DNA of 64,000 nt from Lingula anatina (Eukaryota > Animalia > Brachiopoda): the NCBI GenBank assembly GCA_051362555.1, contig CM120641.1:2914001-2978000 (forward strand), given 5' to 3'. This document shows positions 35,030 to 64,000 of this stretch, in pieces. The notes beneath the pieces were generated by a model that made no database searches, had not been told where the DNA came from, and worked only from the letters and a program-made list of their open reading frames with translations. Numbering within the stretch: position 1 is the stretch's first letter; each line of letters opens with the position of its first letter. The position numbers were made by a program, and so were the translations under genes.

Positions 35030-35190
35030 TGAATCGAATCAGCTCTGCAGAGATTTTCGCTGGATGCAATCAGCTTTTGGTGTACTGAAAGTACGTTAAT
35101 TGGAAGCGTGTCATTCAGTTAAGCTGACTGCACTTAGCGAATGTTCCCACAGAGTTGGATCGATCCACGTTACCTGGGAATGGGATCTAT
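35030..35190. mobile_element. Degenerate foldback MITE of the same family
   Basis: Inverted arms CGCTGGATGCAATCAGCTT / AAGCTGACTGCACTTAGCG; the end GAGTTGGATCGATCC...TGGGAATGGG resembles the element at 28323-28542. Confidence 0.6.
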
Positions 35191-35770
35191 GTAGCATACT
35201 GGCGCACTATGCAAATAAGTCAAGTTAATTTCTCAGTAAAATATCAGAGGGGATTTATTTGTCGAGGTAAATAAATAAACAAACAAAATACCTTGGTTAT
35301 CGAATGTTTTATGTTGACAGTTTTGATTTTTCCCCAAACTAATATGCTTAACATGCGCGTTTATGGGTTTGTCCTTACAGATAGACCTACACTGAGTCTG
35401 AACACTGCTTAAACTTTGGCATTACGCTAGTCCAATGCACATCGGTATCAATCACAATCAAACACCTCTAGAGGCCAGATAAGTGTGAATCAGGAAGCGC
35501 AGTTATTAAATGCAATTCTCAGTTCCGAGCTGTGTAACCCAAGGGCAATCTCTGTTTGTGCTGTATTTCAATCCAATCACCCGAATCACACACGGTGATG
35601 CTGGAAGAGCTGTTGCTGAAAGATAAAAAATTTAGAGACAAAGAAAATAAAGTCTGGTTTCGTTAGTCGAACTCTTAGAATGGCACGGGGCGGACATGCG
35701 CTGAGGGATCCAGAATTTTGCTTATGAGAAGGGAGACGCGTTTGCTCGACGTGACTGCATGTGAAAAGCA

Positions 35771-35836
35771 AGTTCGTTCATATATAATATACAGATAATA
35801 TGAGTTCGTTCATATATAATATACAGATAATATGAG
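35771..35836. repeat. 32-bp perfect tandem duplication
   Basis: AGTTCGTTCATATATAATATACAGATAATATG x2. Confidence 0.95.
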
Positions 35837-37479
35837 CCCATATGTATGATTCGACGACAATGAAAGTTAAGGAGCAGAAGTAGGGCTAACGTTTAATTCG
35901 TAAATTTCGGACCCGCCAAACGGGCCCTAGCTAGGTACATTTAGAAAAAAAAAAGGTGAAGAAGCTCTCTCTGTCTACTCGTAACTGCATCTTTTCCTTT
36001 TTACTTTTGAAAAGACAGTGTGGCAAAAGTACCAAAAAGACCTACTTTTTTTATAATTTGTAACTGATATAGGTCGTCCTTGAGTAGGGCTTTGGCATTC
36101 CGACGAGGCAGAACGCAAGGTAGACGGCAAAATACACTGTAAGTCATGATAAGTAACTTGAGGTTTTATCGATTTAGCGATTGTATCGACAAATACCAGA
36201 TAGGCATTCACTGTTAACTCTCTTTTCAAATTCGCGAAAGCCTGAAACAAAACCACGCATATCTCATCTGTTGACCAGTCAGTTTATTTCCACTAAAAAT
36301 AAATGAAAATTGTACAATGTTTGATGAATATGAAAACGTCCCAGAAATGGCTATCGGATACTTATATTTGAATATTTTTTCTCTACATAGATCTAGTGTA
36401 GTGGCCTATAGCATTTGTGCTACTTGTATAGCTGGCCATCAGCAGGGCTACATAGGTTCTATGGTAAGGCTGCCCTTGTCAAAGACTGGCTATGTGAGAT
36501 CCCCATCCTCATATCTTCATCCGCTTCAGTACCATTGGCGGGTCTGAGGGAGGAGGGGGGGCAGCGGGGTGTGTTTTGCTTGAGGGTTACCCCCTTACCC
36601 CTCATATATTTAGTACATGTAAAACGAAGGCCGGCAAATTGAGACAAACCCAAGCCATCAAAGCTTATTGCCAGCCCTGTACCCAATACATGAATACACT
36701 GTGGTAACATCGTCTGTTTTCTATTTACCGGATCGCGTCGCTCGGTATTTTTCAGTCTTCTGCCACCCCCAGCGAACCCCTGGTAATAAACTCTCATGAA
36801 CTTTATTAACTGTCTTGAGTGGATAAATGATATAACTCGTTCTGTTCAGCCAGGTAATATCACCTGGATTTCCCCGTTTTTCTGTCGCCGAAAGTAACTG
36901 ATTATGCTTCCTGCGGTCACGTTGCCAGGGTCGCAATCGCTCAGCATCATAGACCTATATTGATTTACGGTAATATAGCTAAGTGGACAGAATATTATAC
37001 ACCTATTTCCCTAGTGTTAAGTGCATGTAACAACTATTCTCGCTATCTGTCAAACTGAGTTGTTTCATCCCTCGCGCCCCTGGAAAATCGTTTAAAAAGT
37101 CTCTAAATCGGCCGTCTTCATCGCGATATCTGTATCATCATATTCAGTTAATTGCCTTTGGGCCTACCGGTACATAAAACAAGCTGCTCGTTGTTTCAAG
37201 AAAAAAAATCAAATTTCCTGATAACAGTACTACTAATGACATGAGGGGATAGAGTATAACTTTCTCCACCTTCCTCAAGAACCCTCCTAAACAAGCAAAA
37301 AATGACCATTCAATAAACTAGACTTCATATGTTCTAAACGATCTCATATAAGACTACAATATTGCTTGTACAGCTATTTGTACCTTTTGCTTTGAATACA
37401 TTACAAAGTAAAGGCGACGGAAAAAGTAACCAACCGGATCTGATCTTGTTGTAAGATAAAATAGGGAAGTTGTGTAGAG

Positions 37480-37667
37480 CCGGCCGAAGGACGTCATCAC
37501 CCTGCTCACAACGTCAGTCAGCTGGGGACAGCCGACATACGACACCAGTCACGTGACAATGGGAGCGGAAGATGAGCAGTAGGAGAAGGTTGGGGGTGCC
37601 TATGAACTAAATTACCGATATTACAGGTACAGATTAACGTGAACAGAAGACCGCCTGGGCTTGAAAG
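37480..37667 (+). promoter_or_regulatory. Putative protein kinase D core promoter / 5' UTR
   Basis: CpG-richer stretch upstream of the PRKD ATG. It has the palindromic E-box GTCACGTGAC (37548-37557), CRE-like GACGTCA (~37490) and ACGTCA (~37511), and ETS-like GCGGAAG (~37565). Confidence 0.5.
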
Positions 37668-58993
<21,326 letters not shown>

Positions 58994-60451
58994 GTTGGTA
59001 TCTCAGTATATGCTTTATATGTACCAGACATAAGCTTTTTCTGCGGAAACGTGGAATTCCACGTTTTTTAATTAAATTCTAAGGTGGCCCCCGGACCCCT
59101 GGCCGGTTAGGTGTTGAGTCCCATGACAAATTAAAAGTTAGAAATCTAGGCTCATGTTTGATGTACACAGTAGCTATTTCTTTTGATTTCCATAAGATAT
59201 GATTCTCTTCCTTTTTGATTGAGATAAGCCTTTCTGAAGAAAAGAAAAAGTGTGAATTTCTATTTTATATTTGAAAAAATAAAATGTGGGGTTTTCTGAG
59301 GGTTGTGTATGTTCCTATCTTTGATTTCAGACTAAAAATTTCATTTTATGTGATTAACATCAGATTCACATATTTTGGGTTCTGTAATGTTGTTATTTCT
59401 GCATTGTGATGTGCATTTTAACAAATAGATTTCTGTGTATTTTGCCTAATTATAGATTTGATTTCTCCAAGTTGATATGTCTTATTGATTCCCATGGAAA
59501 TTGGATTACCACTGTTCAATATTCCATATGTGAACCTGAATCCCCCAAACCTATTTGAACTTCTTCCAAGGGATTATATACAAATGCACTTTTACTTTGA
59601 GAGTGCATTTGACTTACAAAATTTTTTTTACAAAATTCTCCAATTTAAAATGACAATTCAAGTAGATACAAAGACAAATGCAGCACATCATTCATTTTTT
59701 ATTGGTCATTTGGTATACTGATAATAAAAAAGTGCTGCATAGCATATGCTGGTTAAAATGTATGTCAGTTGACTGAATAACAGCATGTCAAGGTTTTGAG
59801 AAAAAGCCCTTATTTATCTTGACAATTTATCCTGTCATATTTGTACAGCATAAACATTTTAATGTTTAAAACTATTGTTTACATATCAAGGCAATAAAAA
59901 TATTGCAGTTTCCACAAAAGGTTTGGAAAGTCTATACAATTAAGTTGTTTTGATAAATTGTCTATAAATTAATTGTTAAGATACAATTAAATGAGGCGAG
60001 CACATTATGATACAAGCATTCATATTAGAGTATGTGAATAATCTTATAGTCTGAGAGACATTTTGTTAATTGAGATAAATTAGGCTTGTTAAAATTTCGG
60101 TAAGTTTAAAAAAGAGAATTAAAGTGGATATGAAAGTCTTCATTTTGAAATATATTACCAAACTTCAAACCTATTAGTGTGATGCAACCACCAGAGTTTG
60201 AGAAATTGGCTTATATTTTTTCACTTACTCCAGTGACTCCACTTTTACCAGCTTCGGGCAATAATGGGTGTGTGATAGACTAAACTGTGTATAATAAGCC
60301 ATTTGTTTCCATGCCCCATTTGCCAGGATATTTTTTATTGTCCCAAGTTGTTTATGTCAGTAAATAGAATTGTGATTGCCTAGATTATGGCTGGCAGCAA
60401 GGAGACAGCTTGAGAAATGTCAAATAACCCCTTTTTCAAGAGATTATTTGT

Positions 60452-60602
60452 AAATGTGAGGTTTTTTCAATGTACTGCTTATGAATATTTTACAAAGAAA
60501 TGTTTTACCTAAAAAGCCTTTTGTACATCATACATGTGAGGTTATTTCAATGCACTGCTTATGAATATTTTACAAAGAAATATTTTACTTAAAAAGCCTT
60601 TT
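60452..60602. repeat. 80-bp-period tandem duplication
   Basis: ATGTGAGGTT.TTTCAATG.ACTGCTTATGAATATTTTACAAAGAAAT.TTTTAC.TAAAAAGCCTTTT x2. Confidence 0.9.
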
Positions 60603-60689
60603 TTTTTTTTTAGTTAACCCTTTTCCCACTTTTAGATGTGGTCCATTATGTTTAAGGTTTTATTAGCTGTATGCTTTTAATAAAAAAAG

Positions 60690-60828
60690 GATTCATTTGC
60701 CAATAACGATAGAAAAATTGACTGAAATTCGCCAGTCAATATTTTCCTGATGAAGTCCGACTGTCAGTAGAGGAAATATTGGCTGGTAAATCTCAGTTAA
60801 TTTTTCAGTAGGTACTGGCAAATGAATC
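60690..60828. mobile_element. Near-fully palindromic ~140-bp element (probable MITE)
   Basis: GATTCATTTGCCA...AAAAATTGACTGAAATTCGCCAGTCAATATTTTCCT pairs with AGGAAATATTGGCTGGTAAATCTCAGTTAATTTTT...TGGCAAATGAATC around a ~20-nt loop. Confidence 0.7.
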
Positions 60829-61887
60829 TTTATTTGTTGAAAAGTCCAGTATGCACCTGTAGAGATGCGTTACTAAGTTCTATGATAACTGAAATCAATG
60901 AGAAGATCATATTGTGCAGCTTCTGGTCACATACATATTTCCTTTATATGGGCAACATTAATGTAATATTGGAAAAGTCATAATAAACATTAGATGAATA
61001 AAATCTGTTACTGGAATTCTTTCTAATTGACAGTGTTGCATCTCCCTCTTGGAGACTACATTCTGTATATGAATAGATTATACTGAGCTTATTATCCTTA
61101 AATTAATTTAGCAGTGCATTATAGAGAAAATTAATAGACTGATTAAAAAAGAAAAACGGCAGTATACCTGTAAAGAGTGGCACTGTTCATAATTGCGTGT
61201 AGTGGTTAGAGAATCCTGAAATACGTGATTAGATAGAGCAGTGAGACATGTTTTTCAGATTAGGTGAGATAAATGAGATTTCCTGCTCATGTAGCTCTCA
61301 ATATGTGTAGGCTTTGCCATTTTAAAATCCCATACTCTAATTGACTCTGTGCTAGGAAAATGTGCATACAATAAACACGCAATATTAAGCTGAGTGGCAC
61401 AAAGCCTGTTATCATGATATGCTGCACAAATGGGAGGACACTTTGGGGTTGTTCCTAAAATCTTTTGACTTGATCCTCTCAGGGATGTCTGCTCAATCCT
61501 CAGATTGATCAGATATAAAATATAATCAAAGCTAAACATTTGTAGTGTGGTGTGTTAGTATTTCTTTTCTTACTTTCTGCTTCAGGTTGGCTGAATCATG
61601 CAGCCTACTAACAGCATGCTCATCATATTGATTGCAATATGCTATATGTCATCACCTGAATTAGTATATAATTTTGCATGTATTGTATATATATTTAGGG
61701 TTGTTATATAATAGAAGTTAGTTAAGATGGCTAAATTTGGATAGAAGACTATGTAAAGTCAATTTCATGACATAGATGCCATGCCAATTCTGTATTAGTT
61801 GTCTTCCAAAAGTATACTTTGTAACCATGGTGAACAGAAACTGGTGGCAACTGCATGTCATAGTGTTGAGCACCATTGGTGAATTTT

Positions 61888-63961
61888 TATGTACAGACAC
61901 AGATGTGTCTGTACATATTGCCATCACCTGCGTCTGTCGTCGCCGATGCCGATGCCGATGCCGATGGCGATGCCGTCGCCGTGCACTTTCCTTGTAAACA
62001 CGATAAGTGGAAGGCAGTTTTACTTTTTGGCTTTATATTTACAGAGCTGATGAATATTTATAAAACGCAGGTCAAGTTCGAAAATCAGCATGATCGGGCC
62101 ATAATTGTAGAAGTTATGCTGTTTTTTCACTTTTCAGCATATATGCAACCTTGTAAACACATTTTAAGGAAAACCGTTAGGCCTATTGTCATGAAACTCA
62201 CAGGAATGGTCAGTCTTACTAAAACGCAGGTTGAGTTCAAAAATCAGCATAATCGGGGCATTATTTTAGAAGTTATGCTGTTTTTTCCCATTTCTTCAGA
62301 TTTCCTCAGATTTAATTCTTAGGCATGTTAATAGCCTTATTATTTAAGTAATAAGATACGTAAAAGTGTTTGTTTGACATTTCCTGCATCTTTACAACAT
62401 TGTTAGTTGATTATGTAAAAATGATGGTAAACTTGTTATCGTGTATTGTGTAATAAAGTGTCAAAAATGGAAATAAACTCATATCATTGCAGTTTGTCAG
62501 ATTCAATCATTCACTATGTTCAGAATCTCAGAATGGAAGAAATTGGACATTTAACACTGTTCTATTGATATTTTTCACATCTCATCAATTTTCTTAGTTG
62601 ATCATATAAAAATGGCAGTAACCTATTAATTTTGTTTTATGTTAAAAAAATGTTAAAAATGGAAATAAACCCATTTCAGAACAGTGCAGTCTTGTTTACA
62701 TTTTGGCATCTTTAAGTCCTGACTTTGAAGTTCCATCGGCCTAAAAACCTTTGTCAGTCACGTTTACTATTTGTCCATGATACTAATATTTTATTATTAA
62801 AAATTGATGATCATTATGCTGTTACACATTAAGTAATATTGCATCAAAATTTGAAAAAAACCTATTTTGGGCACTGCTCCCATGATGACCATTTAAGAAA
62901 AACCATGTCACTTACTGTTCTCAAACAGTACAGTTGATATGTACAGATGTGTCTGTACATATTGCCATCACCTGCGTCTGTCGTCGCTGTCGTTGCTGTC
63001 ACTGTCGCTGTCGCCGGCGCCATGCACTTTCATTGTAAACAAGATAAGTGGAAGGCAGTTTTACTTTTTGGCTGTATATTTACAGAGCTGATGAATATTC
63101 ATAAAATGCAGGTCAAGTTCGAAAATCAGCATGATCGGGCCATTAATGTAGAGGTTATGCTTTTTTTTTTCACTTTTCAGCATATATGCAACACTGTAAA
63201 CACAATATAAGAAAAACAGATAGGCCAATTGTCATTAAACTCACAGGAGTGGTCATTCCTGCTAAAACGCAGGTTGAGTTCAATAATCAGCATAATCGGG
63301 CCATTATTTTAAAGAAATGCAGTTTTTTCACATTTCCTCAGATTCAATTCTTAGGCATGTAAACAGTTTCATTATTGAACTAATAAGATACGTAAAAGTG
63401 TTTGTTTGGCATTTCCTGCAATTTTACAACATTATTAGTTGATTATGTAAAAATGATGGTAAACTTGTTATCGTGTATTGTGTAATAAAGTTTCAAAAAT
63501 GGAAATAAACTCATATCATTGCAGTTTGTCAGATTCAATCATTCACTATGTTCAGAATCTCAGAATGGAAGAGATTGGACATTTAACACTGCTCTGTTGA
63601 TATTTTTCCCATCTCATCAATTTTCTTAGTTGATCATATAAAAACGGCAGAAAACTGTTAATTTTGTTTTATGTTAAAAATTGATAAAAATGGAAAAAAA
63701 AAACATTTCAGAACAGTGCTGTCTTGTTTACATTTTGGCATTTTCAAGTTGTGACTTTGAAGTTCCATGGGCCTGAAGACCTTTGCTAGTCACATTTTCT
63801 GAATATCCATAATACTAATATTTTATTATTAAAGTTGATGGTCATTATGCTGTTAAACATTATGTAATATTGCATCAAAATTTGAAAAAAAAAAAACTAT
63901 TTTAGGCACTGCTCCAATGATGACCATTTAAGAAAAACCATGTCATTTACTGTTCTCAAAC
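61888..63961 (+). mobile_element. Tandem pair of ~1.04-kb Helentron-like (HINE) units (61888-62926 and 62938-63961)
   Basis: A T-tract is followed by a perfect 13-bp stem-loop TATGTACAGACAC-AGAT-GTGTCTGTACATA, a GTC/GCCGAT microsatellite, and an internal ~160-bp subrepeat (AAAACGCAGGT..AGTTC.AAAATCAGCAT.ATCGGG). The second unit is colinear and highly similar but has a shortened hairpin. Confidence 0.7.
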
Positions 63962-64000
63962 TTACAGGAAAGAAACATGGGACTAAAATACAGCTTCAGT

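Noticed and set aside
61194-61220. tRNA/SINE A-box-like GTGTAGTGGTTAGAG (similar word at ~36396)
   Set aside because: No B box or cloverleaf follows.
61776-63210. 148-aa and 87-aa ORFs with similar sequences
   Set aside because: They fall within the duplicated Helentron-like units, differ by indels and stops, and show no recognisable domain.

Overview
AT-rich, intron-rich animal genomic DNA, most likely a lophotrochozoan invertebrate such as a mollusc (inferred from protein and repeat style, not proven). It is not prokaryotic. Six genes alternate strands as three divergent pairs: striatin (-, 5' five exons) / AP4S1 (+, complete, with a 12-nt microexon and a U12-type intron); NVL AAA-ATPase (-, 22 coding exons) / Dicer-1 (+, 19 coding exons, ~1881 aa); and a small PH-only protein ending in a CaaX box (-, 141 aa) / protein kinase D (+, first three exons, large introns). 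Introns carry foldback MITEs, Helentron-like (HINE) elements, a decayed RTE LINE fragment, short tandem duplications and microsatellites. The most notable observations are four let-7 seed matches in one Dicer coding exon, the uncharacterised PH-CaaX gene, and gene linkage shared with vertebrates (STRN3-AP4S1-PRKD1-DICER1). All exon boundaries were read by hand from splice signals and reading-frame continuity; no database searches were run. I found no clear-cut new multi-gene system, only testable regulatory hypotheses.
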